A stretch of 46,195 nucleotides of DNA from NCBI GenBank assembly GCA_900550825.1, contig URTZ01000001.1, positions 1 through 46,195 on the forward strand, given 5' to 3'. The translations under genes and the position numbers were made by a program. Origin of the DNA: an uncultured Collinsella sp. Its GTDB lineage: Bacteria > Actinomycetota > Coriobacteriia > Coriobacteriales > Coriobacteriaceae. The notes under the pieces are model-generated. The model had not been told where the DNA came from. It searched no databases and was given only the letters and a program-made list of their open reading frames with translations. This document shows, one piece after another, positions 18,896 to 27,250 of this stretch; position 1 is the stretch's first letter, and every line of letters starts with the position of its first letter.

Positions 18896-19006
18896 TTGTG
18901 CCCGTTCGGGCGCGGATGTGGGCCACGCACGCACGCGATGATCGCCGACGCCGGCAAACGATATACTCTAGTTCCAGAAGAGACCATCCCGTCGAAAGCG
19001 AAATCC

Positions 19007-20347
19007 GTGAAGTCCCTCACCTCTTTTGCAAAGCGCTCAGCCCAGCTTGCCGCCGGCTTTGTCTGCGCTATCGCCCTTGCCGCTGGCGTGCCCACCGTCG
19101 CCGGCGCCCAAGTGCTCACGACCGACAATGTTTGCGGCAAAACCGCCGATGCGCGCGGCATCACGGCCGAAAACCTGCCCGATATCGATGCGACCAATGC
19201 CCTCGTCATGGGCAAAGACGGCACCGTCTACTATGCCCGTGGCGCCGATGAGCAGGTCAAGATCGCCTCGATCACCAAGGTCATGACCGCGATCCTAACC
19301 GTCGAGAATTGCAAGATGGACGAGAAGGTCACGGTGAGCAACGCCGCAGCCACCGTGGGCAATTCAACAGCCGGCCTACTCGAAGGCGACGAGCTCACCG
19401 TGAAGCAGGCACTGCGCGGCCTGATGATTCCCTCGGGCAACGACGCCGCCATCGTGCTCGCCGAATATGTGGGCAAGAAGATCGACCCCAAGACCAAAGA
19501 CGCCGAGGCCACATTTGTGAAGGCCATGAACGAGCGCGCTAAGAAGCTCGGCTGTACCGGTACGCTTTTTGAAAACCCGCATGGTCTGGACTTTGATGAG
19601 TGGGCTGGCAATATGCACTCAACCGCACACGACGTAGCGCTGATGATGCAGGAGGCCATGAAAAACGACACGATCCGCGAGGTCGTAGCGAGCGAGGATT
19701 CCTGGATCGAGGTCACGGGCGCCGACGGCACCGACCATTCGCATTCCATGGACACGCATAACTATTTGCTGGGCCAAGATGGCAACATCGGTGGCAAGAC
19801 CGGCACCACCGATGATGCAGGCTATTGCTTTACGGGTGCCTACAACCGCGATGGCGACGAGATCTACACCGTCGTTTTGAACTCCACCGCCACCGACCAG
19901 CGCTTTACCGATACCGCAACCCTTGCCAATTGGTACTACGGTCATAAGGTGACGGTCGCGATCGCCAACACGCAGGAAAAGACCGCCAACGGCAACCCGC
20001 TTATGGCGCGCATTAGTCAAACCGACTGGACGGATAAGACAATCGACGCCACGCTCGCCGATCCCACGGCGCAAGCGACCGTGTTTTCTCTTGCCGGCGA
20101 GGTGACCGAAAAGGTTAGCTACGATGACCTTTCGGGCACGGTGCATGTTGGCGACAAGGTGGGCAGCGTTACGCTCAAGCAGAACGGCACCAAGATCGCC
20201 GTCATGGACCTGGTTGCCGACGAGGAAGGCGCAGGGCCGAATCCCATTGAATGGCTGCTCGTGAAGCTCGATCGCTTGGGCCGCCGCATCGACAACCGCC
20301 CGCTCACAGCCGAGAGCGAGACCGTAGCCAAGGCGCCCAAGGCGTAG
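19007..20347 (+). CDS. Serine D-alanyl-D-alanine carboxypeptidase (peptidase S11)
   Basis: Signal peptide from GTG 19007 (TATACT at 18962); SxxK (SITK), SGN, NPHGL, KTG motifs. Confidence 0.92.
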   Translation: MKSLTSFAKRSAQLAAGFVCAIALAAGVPTVAGAQVLTTDNVCGKTADARGITAENLPDIDATNALVMGKDGTVYYARGADEQVKIASITKVMTAILTVENCKMDEKVTVSNAAATVGNSTAGLLEGDELTVKQALRGLMIPSGNDAAIVLAEYVGKKIDPKTKDAEATFVKAMNERAKKLGCTGTLFENPHGLDFDEWAGNMHSTAHDVALMMQEAMKNDTIREVVASEDSWIEVTGADGTDHSHSMDTHNYLLGQDGNIGGKTGTTDDAGYCFTGAYNRDGDEIYTVVLNSTATDQRFTDTATLANWYYGHKVTVAIANTQEKTANGNPLMARISQTDWTDKTIDATLADPTAQATVFSLAGEVTEKVSYDDLSGTVHVGDKVGSVTLKQNGTKIAVMDLVADEEGAGPNPIEWLLVKLDRLGRRIDNRPLTAESETVAKAPKA

Positions 20348-20372
20348 GGCCGGAGCGATATCACATCGAACC

Positions 20373-20404
20373 AAATGAGGCGTCCAACGGGGCGCCTCAT
20401 TTTT
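20373..20404 (+). terminator. Intrinsic terminator of the carboxypeptidase gene, possibly bidirectional
   Basis: AAATGAGGCGTCC-AAC-GGGGCGCCTCATTTTT hairpin. Confidence 0.7.
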
Positions 20405-20406
20405 GA

Positions 20407-20687
20407 GGGTTCGAATCCCCAGCGCCCTTTCTCGATAATAAAAAAGGGCCCCCGATGGGACCCTTCTTTAAAGTTAAACTGGCGGAGAGCTGGGGATGTC
20501 CGGACATGCTACGCATGCCCTCCGGCTTCAAAGCCTGGCGGCTTTTCGCCCACGGGCTACAAACGCTTTCGCGTTTGCTTAACGCCCGTGCCCTCTCGGG
20601 TTCGAATCCCCAGCCTCCTTTCTCCGCACAAAAAAGGGCCCCAAATGAGACCCTTCTTCAAATTCGTACTGGCGGAGAGCTGGGGAT
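20407..20687 (-). repeat. tRNA-Ser-linked tandem repeat (about 190-bp period)
   Basis: 20407-20497 and 20598-20687 are similar; the tRNA 3' 18-mer is duplicated exactly at 20480-20497. Confidence 0.8.
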
Positions 20688-20760
20688 TCGAACCCCAGAT
20701 GCCCTTTTGGGGCATACTCGCTTAGCAGGCGAGCACCTTCGGCCTCTCGGTCAGCTCTCC
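20670..20760 (-). tRNA. tRNA-Ser(GCT)
   Basis: GGAGAGC...CTCGC-CTGCTAA-GCGAG, long variable arm, GTTCGAATC, encoded CCA. Confidence 0.97.
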
Positions 20761-20865
20761 GTAACAGCCGTTCTATAGTAACCAAACAGCCGAAGTTGGG
20801 CAAGGGGAATTTTGAGGCGTTTCCTCTTTTACCTCTCTTTTACCAGTAAACGTCTCAGTCAACCA

Positions 20866-20920
20866 TCTCAACCTGCAACATCTGCAGGCCGTAATCCCCT
20901 CCAGATGTTACAGGTTGAGA
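20866..20920. repeat. 19-bp-arm inverted repeat downstream of the ATPase gene
   Basis: TCTCAACCTGCAACATCTG ... CAGATGTTACAGGTTGAGA. Confidence 0.55.
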
Positions 20921-20969
20921 CAAAGATACAAGGACGGCCCCAGCGACAGCGCGGACAGCCCATTCTTTA

Positions 20970-22052
20970 TTAGTCCTCTCGAACGGTCTCCAACAGATAA
21001 TCGCGCATGTACGGAATTGCAAACGAAACACAGCCATAGCCCGCGGGCTCAATCAACCCCGCATCGATCAGACGCTTGCGATATGACCCAACTTTGTTCG
21101 CCGACAAACCCATCTTCTTGGCGATATCGCCGTTGGCGATATCGACGCCCTCGCATTGAGCCATCGCCGCGAGATACTGAAACTGCCGTTCCGACACCCT
21201 GCGCAGCGCTGGGGCAATCACCATAGCATTAAAGCTATCAAGAGCCGCCTGGATACCCTTACGAGCCGCCTCTTCGCTCACGCTCTCCGCCCCACTGCGC
21301 GCAGCAACCTGCCAAGCGTAATATCCGACCAGCTGGACCATAAAGGGATAGCCTGCCGAAGCTTTTGTTAATAGCTCAGCGGCACCTTTGTCGAGCTCCT
21401 TGCCCGCTCGTCTCATCGTATCCTCAAACGATCCGCCAACTTCAAAATCGGAAAGCCGAGTAAGTTCAACATGTTTGGCTCGCTGAAGGAACGTCAACGT
21501 ATCATCCACCACCACGCCATCTACCGATGTCGGCAGCCCGGCGAAAGCGAAAGCGACATTCGCTCCTTGGCGGATCAAGAGCTGCATCTCATTGCCTAGC
21601 TCGCGCATTTCCTCAGTTGAGGCATCCTGGATCTCGTCGAGCGTAATGAGCAGACCACCGCGCTTCGCGGCATCGTACATCGCCTCGCCCAGATGAGAGG
21701 CCGACTTCGACATCTCCATGGAGCCAAGGCTGACCCCTAAAATCGATGGGGAAATCGAGATTGATTCAAGACGAACGTTTCGCTGCAGAGCCTCGAGGAT
21801 TCTATTGCAAAAACCAGCATTGGAGGCAACGTCAACGACCTCGAATCCTTTTTTGCGTGCAAGGTCACCCAATGCATTAAGGAGCACCGTTTTACCTGTG
21901 CCTCGGACGCCCGAGATGCGCATGAGTCGATCGGGGGCACCAGGACCATTCTCAAGAGCCTCGGCAAAGTCATCCAAAACAGTGTCCCGTCCGATAAGCT
22001 CAGGCGGATTCATGCCCGCCGTTGGCTTAAAGGGGTTAACAGTTTTCGTCAT
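20970..22052 (-). CDS. STAND-like / archaeal-type P-loop ATPase with C-terminal winged-helix domain
   Basis: NPFKP..P..LIGR, Walker A GVRGTGKT, Walker B LITLDE, GYP motif, C-terminal IAKKMG...YRKRLIDAGLI; ATG at 22052 follows a GAGG RBS. Confidence 0.85.
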   Translation of the reverse strand: MTKTVNPFKPTAGMNPPELIGRDTVLDDFAEALENGPGAPDRLMRISGVRGTGKTVLLNALGDLARKKGFEVVDVASNAGFCNRILEALQRNVRLESISISPSILGVSLGSMEMSKSASHLGEAMYDAAKRGGLLITLDEIQDASTEEMRELGNEMQLLIRQGANVAFAFAGLPTSVDGVVVDDTLTFLQRAKHVELTRLSDFEVGGSFEDTMRRAGKELDKGAAELLTKASAGYPFMVQLVGYYAWQVAARSGAESVSEEAARKGIQAALDSFNAMVIAPALRRVSERQFQYLAAMAQCEGVDIANGDIAKKMGLSANKVGSYRKRLIDAGLIEPAGYGCVSFAIPYMRDYLLETVRED

Positions 22053-22071
22053 TCTGCCCTCCTCTACTAGT

Positions 22072-22127
22072 TTTAACAACTTTAACAAAGTTTAGCAACT
22101 TTAGCAGAGTTTAACAGTTTTAGCAGG
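22072..22127. repeat. Six tandem TTTA(A/G)CA repeats
   Basis: Copies start at 22072, 22081, 22091, 22100, 22110 and 22119 (alternating 9/10-bp spacing). Confidence 0.85.
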
Positions 22128-22214
22128 CTCGGCGGCTTTATGCCTTACCGATCCTACCGGGTCCTCCCGCCCGCGCCGATACAAATAGCGCGGTGCGGCC
22201 CCTCTATATCGCCC

Positions 22215-24656
22215 CTACCCCAGCGAGCGGTTGAGGGAGCCGAGCTCGTCGTTACCCATGGTGCGCCACATTTGGAAGATGCAACCGCGTGCCAGGAAAA
22301 AGAAGCCGTTGTCGACTAGTTGAACAGCGGCATCTGCAAGCTGATTCGTCACGGCGGACACTGGCGGCAACTCAAGTCCAGCCTTGCGGATAGTCTCGAC
22401 CGCTTCCTCGAACGTCGGAGACTCGCTGACGCCCATCTCGTTCATAAGGCCCTGCATTTCTTCCAGCGCGCTGCTGCCCGACTCCTCGCCGCGCGGCACC
22501 AGATGGTAACAAGCCAGCGCCAGGTCGAGCTGATCGCAATTCCAATAGGCAAACGCCAAGCGATAGAACAGGTAGCCGATTGCAGAACGATCGCTGGCAA
22601 TACGTAGGCCGTGGCGCGCCACCTCGATAATCTCGTCAAAGCGCTCCAGACGCGCAAGCACGTTGATGAGCGCAAAGTGCGACTGCATGGACGAGCGCGC
22701 CAGATCGTAAAGATGGCGCACCTCGGGCAGTGCTCGTTCAAAGTCCTCTTGCTCGGCGTAAAAGCTGCAGATCTCGTGCTGGGCAAAGTACAGCGCATCG
22801 GGCGCACGAAGGATTCGCACAGAGCGGTCTTCTTCCAACACCGGTAGCACCATGCGCACCAGCTGGTTATCGCAAAACTGCGTTTGAACCGGACCTGTCG
22901 CCAAAAGCTCGGCGACGGCGCACTTGGCCTCCAACTCCTCGACAAGACGGGAAAAGCCTTCAAAAGCACCTGTACGGTCGACTTTTGCCTGCTCGCGCAA
23001 TTCAACAACACGGGCCACGTATGGGTCGTCGTCCTCTTCCATGACCTCCAACTCATCAGCCGTATCGGCAAGCAGCAAATCGCGCAGCGCCGGCGGCAGC
23101 GTGCGATGGTCATCACGCGGACGAGCATGAACCTCCGCAGGCTCAATCGTCTCCGGAGCGGTTGACTCATACGCCTCAAGCACACGCTTGCACGGCATAT
23201 CGTCCATGTCCATGCTCTCAAGATCCTTGGCGACAGACACGCAATCGGCCAGATAGGCCGCGCGCCCAAAGAAATATGTTGCGACAACGCGCTCGCCCTG
23301 CCCACTGTCGGGAGCAGCAATCTGCACATAGCAGCGCGTGATGCAGGTGCCCGCGGCAAAACACGCTGCCGCAAGCGTGAGTGCCACGCGCGCATCGTGC
23401 TCCGCGGCCCAGATCGCACGCGTGTCCTCGTCCAGCTCGCGCCAGGCGTCATCTTGAGCGTCGTATTCACGTTGCGGCATAGCATCCACGACAGAGTGCC
23501 CAAACCGAACGAGCATAATACCCTCGGCAACGTTTGCCCGATAGGTATAGTCGAGCCGTGTGACCACGTTTAGTGCCTCGACAATACGCGCGAAGCGGGT
23601 ACGCACATCCCACTCACCGCCCGGCTGGCACGAAACCGTTCCCGGTTTGGCCCACGGGTTATCGCTCGAGGCCGTATCGAGCAGTCGGGGAACATCGTTG
23701 GTCGTCTTGGCGATATGCCACGCATCAAAGAGCGCACAGCCCTCAAGGCTCGGCGAGGATGCCACAGGGACCAATCCGGCCCCGATGCGCTCAAGGATGC
23801 CGGAGAGACGGTTGAGACGGCACTCGATGGCGAGCAGCGTGTCAATCTCGTCCTGATCCAGCAGACTACGATCAAAATTGAGATAGAAAATCTTTGAGCG
23901 ATCAAAACGAGCCAGGCTCATCTCGGACTTGGCAGCGATGGTGCGCAGACGGGGCAAGTCAATTTCGCTCATAAGGGTGGCGGCATAACGCTCGATACCG
24001 CTCGGATTCTCGGCATGGTCAACGCGGTAAAGCAGCGTCTCGATAGCATCGGGGAGCGGTGCCGTGTTAAAGCCCAAAAACACCTCGACCGGCTCGGGCA
24101 ACTTTACGAGCTTGATCTTGTCGACAACGTTTTGCATGTCCGTATCGAGACCGTCGACGCCCGCCGTGCTCGCAATGGTATTTTCGGAGTCAGCGAATAT
24201 CACGTAGCGCAGGAACATCGATGCCATGAACTCGCCGTAAGGAAGGGAGCGGGTCGAATTCCATGTCTCGTGATCGGACTGTTCGCGCATGGGGCCTTCG
24301 GGAGAGCCGATGACTCGCGCCCGGGAGCGCATCGTCCCATCGGTACCCCTGACTGCAATCTCACCGATGTTGGAATCGGACTCGTCAAGAATCAGCTGCA
24401 TGTCGGGATCGTCGGGCAGCGATACTTCGTTAACGGGGCGGTCCACCTTGTACACCTCACCCGAAACGCTTACGTAGCCCAAAAGCGACACATGGCTTTT
24501 GCCGACGAATTCAACGACATAGCATGATTCATGCGGGTCCTCGCCAAAGAGCTTCCAAACCACGCCATACGAGCGTCCCGCAGGCTGCTCGGGCATGGCC
24601 GGAAAGCGCTTTTTGGGATCGAGAAACCTGAGCTTGTATGTCGGACGCTCTGCCAC
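22215..24656 (-). CDS. Large hypothetical protein with C-terminal TPR-like repeats
   Basis: 813-aa ORF with host-like codon usage; C-terminal helical pairs (LINVLARLERFDEIIEVARHGL, LFYRLAFAYWNCDQLDLALACY). Confidence 0.75.
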   Translation of the reverse strand: MAERPTYKLRFLDPKKRFPAMPEQPAGRSYGVVWKLFGEDPHESCYVVEFVGKSHVSLLGYVSVSGEVYKVDRPVNEVSLPDDPDMQLILDESDSNIGEIAVRGTDGTMRSRARVIGSPEGPMREQSDHETWNSTRSLPYGEFMASMFLRYVIFADSENTIASTAGVDGLDTDMQNVVDKIKLVKLPEPVEVFLGFNTAPLPDAIETLLYRVDHAENPSGIERYAATLMSEIDLPRLRTIAAKSEMSLARFDRSKIFYLNFDRSLLDQDEIDTLLAIECRLNRLSGILERIGAGLVPVASSPSLEGCALFDAWHIAKTTNDVPRLLDTASSDNPWAKPGTVSCQPGGEWDVRTRFARIVEALNVVTRLDYTYRANVAEGIMLVRFGHSVVDAMPQREYDAQDDAWRELDEDTRAIWAAEHDARVALTLAAACFAAGTCITRCYVQIAAPDSGQGERVVATYFFGRAAYLADCVSVAKDLESMDMDDMPCKRVLEAYESTAPETIEPAEVHARPRDDHRTLPPALRDLLLADTADELEVMEEDDDPYVARVVELREQAKVDRTGAFEGFSRLVEELEAKCAVAELLATGPVQTQFCDNQLVRMVLPVLEEDRSVRILRAPDALYFAQHEICSFYAEQEDFERALPEVRHLYDLARSSMQSHFALINVLARLERFDEIIEVARHGLRIASDRSAIGYLFYRLAFAYWNCDQLDLALACYHLVPRGEESGSSALEEMQGLMNEMGVSESPTFEEAVETIRKAGLELPPVSAVTNQLADAAVQLVDNGFFFLARGCIFQMWRTMGNDELGSLNRSLG

Positions 24657-24818
24657 GAAATATCACCCTGATCGGTCGCTTGAGAAGGAGTGGTCGCGAA
24701 TAAGTCGCGACATCTACTCGGAATCTTACACGAGTCGACAGGAAATCGTCCCTTTGGACAAAAGCACTCAAGCTGGCGCAAAAGAAAAGCCCCCGTTGCC
24801 GGGAGCTTTAATCTCAAA

Positions 24819-24895
24819 TGGTGCGGCGTATAGGATTCGAACCTATGACGTTCTGATTCGTAGTCAGACCCTCTATCCAGCTGAGGTAACGCCGC
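24819..24895 (-). tRNA. tRNA-Arg(ACG)
   Basis: TCTGA-CTACGAA-TCAGA anticodon arm, GGTTCGAATCC, CCA end; downstream terminator at about 24781-24809. Confidence 0.97.
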
Positions 24896-24972
24896 AGCGC
24901 AAGACATATAAAACCACTTTAGCTTATTGGAGTCAAGCACAATTTCAAACTTTTTTGTGGAACGCAGTCTTG

Positions 24973-25350
24973 TCATGCTGCTCCGCATATACCGCCATTC
25001 CCCGTACGATCGATTGGCTTTTCGATCACGTCAAACTTAGCATCAAGTTCCCTCAGGAGCGATCTCACCCGCTGGGCACAATCATAATCGGCAAACGAGA
25101 TGCTCAACATGCGAGCAACCTGATTAGATGTCTGGACCCCATAGAAATGCTCTAGGGCCACAAGCCCCTCGTGCGCCACAAACGTCTCAACCACATGAGG
25201 CGACTCCTCGTAGCACCATTGCGTCAACGGCCCCTCGCTCGTCTGTCGAACCACCAGGCCACCCATGCCAGACGGCTCACACGTCACAAGCAGGTACTCC
25301 CCGCCCTCGTCGCTCTCAAACAAAACCACCCGATCATCAAACAGCTCCAT
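24973..25350 (-). CDS. Hypothetical protein (125 aa, acidic)
   Basis: AAGGGG RBS and ATG; fills the gap between the serS terminator and tRNA-Arg. Confidence 0.7.
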   Translation of the reverse strand: MELFDDRVVLFESDEGGEYLLVTCEPSGMGGLVVRQTSEGPLTQWCYEESPHVVETFVAHEGLVALEHFYGVQTSNQVARMLSISFADYDCAQRVRSLLRELDAKFDVIEKPIDRTGNGGICGAA

Positions 25351-25409
25351 CGCGTCCCCTTTCTCTCGCTCTTATTTAGCAAAAGCATAGCAGGTAGATG
25401 GCTGTATAC

Positions 25410-25423
25410 AGAACAGTTGTTCG
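25410..25423. promoter_or_regulatory. Putative LexA (SOS/Cheo) box
   Basis: Minus strand CGAAC-AACT-GTTCT matches the Gram-positive GAAC-N4-GTTC box, 60 bp upstream of the 125-aa gene. Confidence 0.65.
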
Positions 25424-25523
25424 TGTGTTTTCTATTGAGCTGTCCGCGCGGCATGGTATGGACCTGCGCACGAAATAGGGCGCCCCCGAAGGAGCGCCCT
25501 TGCATATCGCCTATGCAGCCAAG

Positions 25524-26807
25524 TTACGCGACCGGCTCAATCTTCTCGAGGCCGCCCATGTAGGGACGCAGGACCTCGGGGATCGTGATGGTGCCATCGG
25601 CGTTCTGGTAGTTCTCCAGGATGGCGGCCATGGTGCGGCCAGCCGGCAGGCCGGAACCGTTGAGGGTGTGCAGATAGCGCGAGCCCTTGAAGTTCTCGGG
25701 GTCGCGATACTTGATGTTGGCGCGACGGGCCTGGAAGTCACCGCAGTTGGAGCAGGAGCTGATCTCCTTGTAGGCGTTGTAGCTCGGCAGCCAGACCTCG
25801 ATGTCGTAGGTCTGACGGGCAGAGAAGCCCAGGTCGCCGGTGCACAGGCTAATCACGCGATACGGAAGACCCAGCTGCTGCAGCAGGAACTCGGCCTCGG
25901 CGGTCATGCTCTCGAGCTCCTCGTCGGACTCCTCCGGCTTGGCAAACTTGACCATCTCGACCTTGTCGAACTCGTGCTGGCGAATGATGCCGCGGGTATC
26001 GCGACCAGCGGAGCCGGCCTCCTCGCGGAAGCAGGGGGTGAAGGCGGTGTAGCGGCGCGGCAGGGTATCGGCGTCGAGGACCTCACCGGCGTGCAGGTTG
26101 GTGAGCACGACCTCGGCGGTGGGGATCAGGAAGTTGTCGCCCGAGACGTGATAGGCGTCGTCCTCGAACTTGGGCAGCTGGCCCGTGCCGAACATGGTCT
26201 GACGCTTGACGACGATGGGCGGCCACCACTCCTTAAAACCACGGCTGGTGTGCGTATCGAGGAAGAAGTTGATGAGGGCGCGCTCAAGACGGGCGCCGGC
26301 GCCACCGAGAACGGTGAAGCGGCTGCCGGAGAGCTTGTTGCCGCGCTCGAAGTCAAGGATGTCGAGGTCGGTGCCCAGATCCCAGTGCGGCTTAAAGTCG
26401 AAGTCGAACTCGCGCGGGGTGCCCCAACGACGGCGCTCGATGTTCTCGTCCTCGTCCTTGCCGTACGGCGTGGCCTCGCAAGGAATGTTGGGCAGGTGAG
26501 CCATGAAGTCGTACTGCTCCTGCTCGAGGGCGGTGCGGCGCTCGGCCAGACCGTCAATCTTCTCGTTGACGGCGCGCACGGCCTCCTTGGCGGCCTCGGC
26601 CTCGTCCTTCTTGCCCTCCTTCATCAGGGCGCCGATCTTCTTGGACTCGGCATTGCGCGTGGCTTGAAGTTCCTCAACCTCGGTGATGACGACACGACGC
26701 TCGTCGTCGAGCTCAAAGAACTTCTCGCGATCCCAAGACGTCTGGCGGTTAGCCATGGCGACATCGATGGCATCGGGGTTCTCGCGAACAAACTTGATAT
26801 CAAGCAT
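25524..26807 (-). CDS. serS: Serine--tRNA ligase
   Basis: [60 protein letters not shown]. Confidence 0.98.
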   Translation of the reverse strand: MLDIKFVRENPDAIDVAMANRQTSWDREKFFELDDERRVVITEVEELQATRNAESKKIGALMKEGKKDEAEAAKEAVRAVNEKIDGLAERRTALEQEQYDFMAHLPNIPCEATPYGKDEDENIERRRWGTPREFDFDFKPHWDLGTDLDILDFERGNKLSGSRFTVLGGAGARLERALINFFLDTHTSRGFKEWWPPIVVKRQTMFGTGQLPKFEDDAYHVSGDNFLIPTAEVVLTNLHAGEVLDADTLPRRYTAFTPCFREEAGSAGRDTRGIIRQHEFDKVEMVKFAKPEESDEELESMTAEAEFLLQQLGLPYRVISLCTGDLGFSARQTYDIEVWLPSYNAYKEISSCSNCGDFQARRANIKYRDPENFKGSRYLHTLNGSGLPAGRTMAAILENYQNADGTITIPEVLRPYMGGLEKIEPVA

Positions 26808-26918
26808 TAGATCCTCCGGCGATATACATTCCATTTAGGTTGCAACCTTGTACATGTATGGGCAAGTATATACTTATGAGCGTTTACGACCCAACTCAAC
26901 TACGCAAGAAGGCACCCA

Positions 26919-27092
26919 ATGGACGCAGTTTTTTCCTTTTTGTTTGGCACCCGCACCGGTTTTGCCATCCTTTTCGCCGGCGGCATCCTGCTGTTTGCGA
27001 TTATTGCCTTTGTAATGGAGAAGCGCACCCATAAGATGTATGTCGACCGCGGCCCCAAGTCCGAGGACGAAGAAGACAGCTTCTGGGACTAA
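26919..27092 (+). CDS. Small single-pass membrane protein (57 aa), absent from the ORF track
   Basis: MDAVFSFLFGTRTGFAILFAGGILLFAIIAFVMEKRTHKMYVDRGPKSEDEEDSFWD; AAGAAGG RBS; hydrophobic helix followed by a charged tail. Confidence 0.75.
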   Translation: MDAVFSFLFGTRTGFAILFAGGILLFAIIAFVMEKRTHKMYVDRGPKSEDEEDSFWD

Positions 27093-27250
27093 CCTGCCAA
27101 AAAGGGACAGGTTTATTTTGGTCGGTTTTATCTGGGCAAACGCAAGTGCCCCGCAACTGGAATTGAGCCAGTTGCGGGGCACTTTTCGCTAAAAGGACAA
27201 AACCGCAGGAAAAACCTGCCAAAATAAACTGTCTTTTTTGGTCGGTTTTA
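27090..27250. repeat. REP-doublet (REPIN-like) element with internal GC hairpin
   Basis: About 40-bp self-palindromic units at 27091-27130 and 27211-27250 in inverted orientation; perfect 17-bp stem at 27144-27184. Confidence 0.7.

Noticed and set aside
16850..20347. Acquired vancomycin-resistance cluster
   Set aside because: No D-Ala-D-Lac/Ser ligase, vanH, vanX or vanT; the carboxypeptidase is a serine S11 enzyme, not VanY.
20480..20687. Prophage or genomic island at the duplicated tRNA-Ser 3' end
   Set aside because: The direct repeats enclose only about 170 bp and no integrase is present.
20407..22127. Possible CRISPR array from the repeats near tRNA-Ser or at 22072-22127
   Set aside because: No constant 25-45-bp repeat with unique spacers, and no cas genes.
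26808..26918. T-box leader for serS (likewise metG)
   Set aside because: The upstream spaces are too short (about 110 and 70 bp) and lack the T-box consensus.
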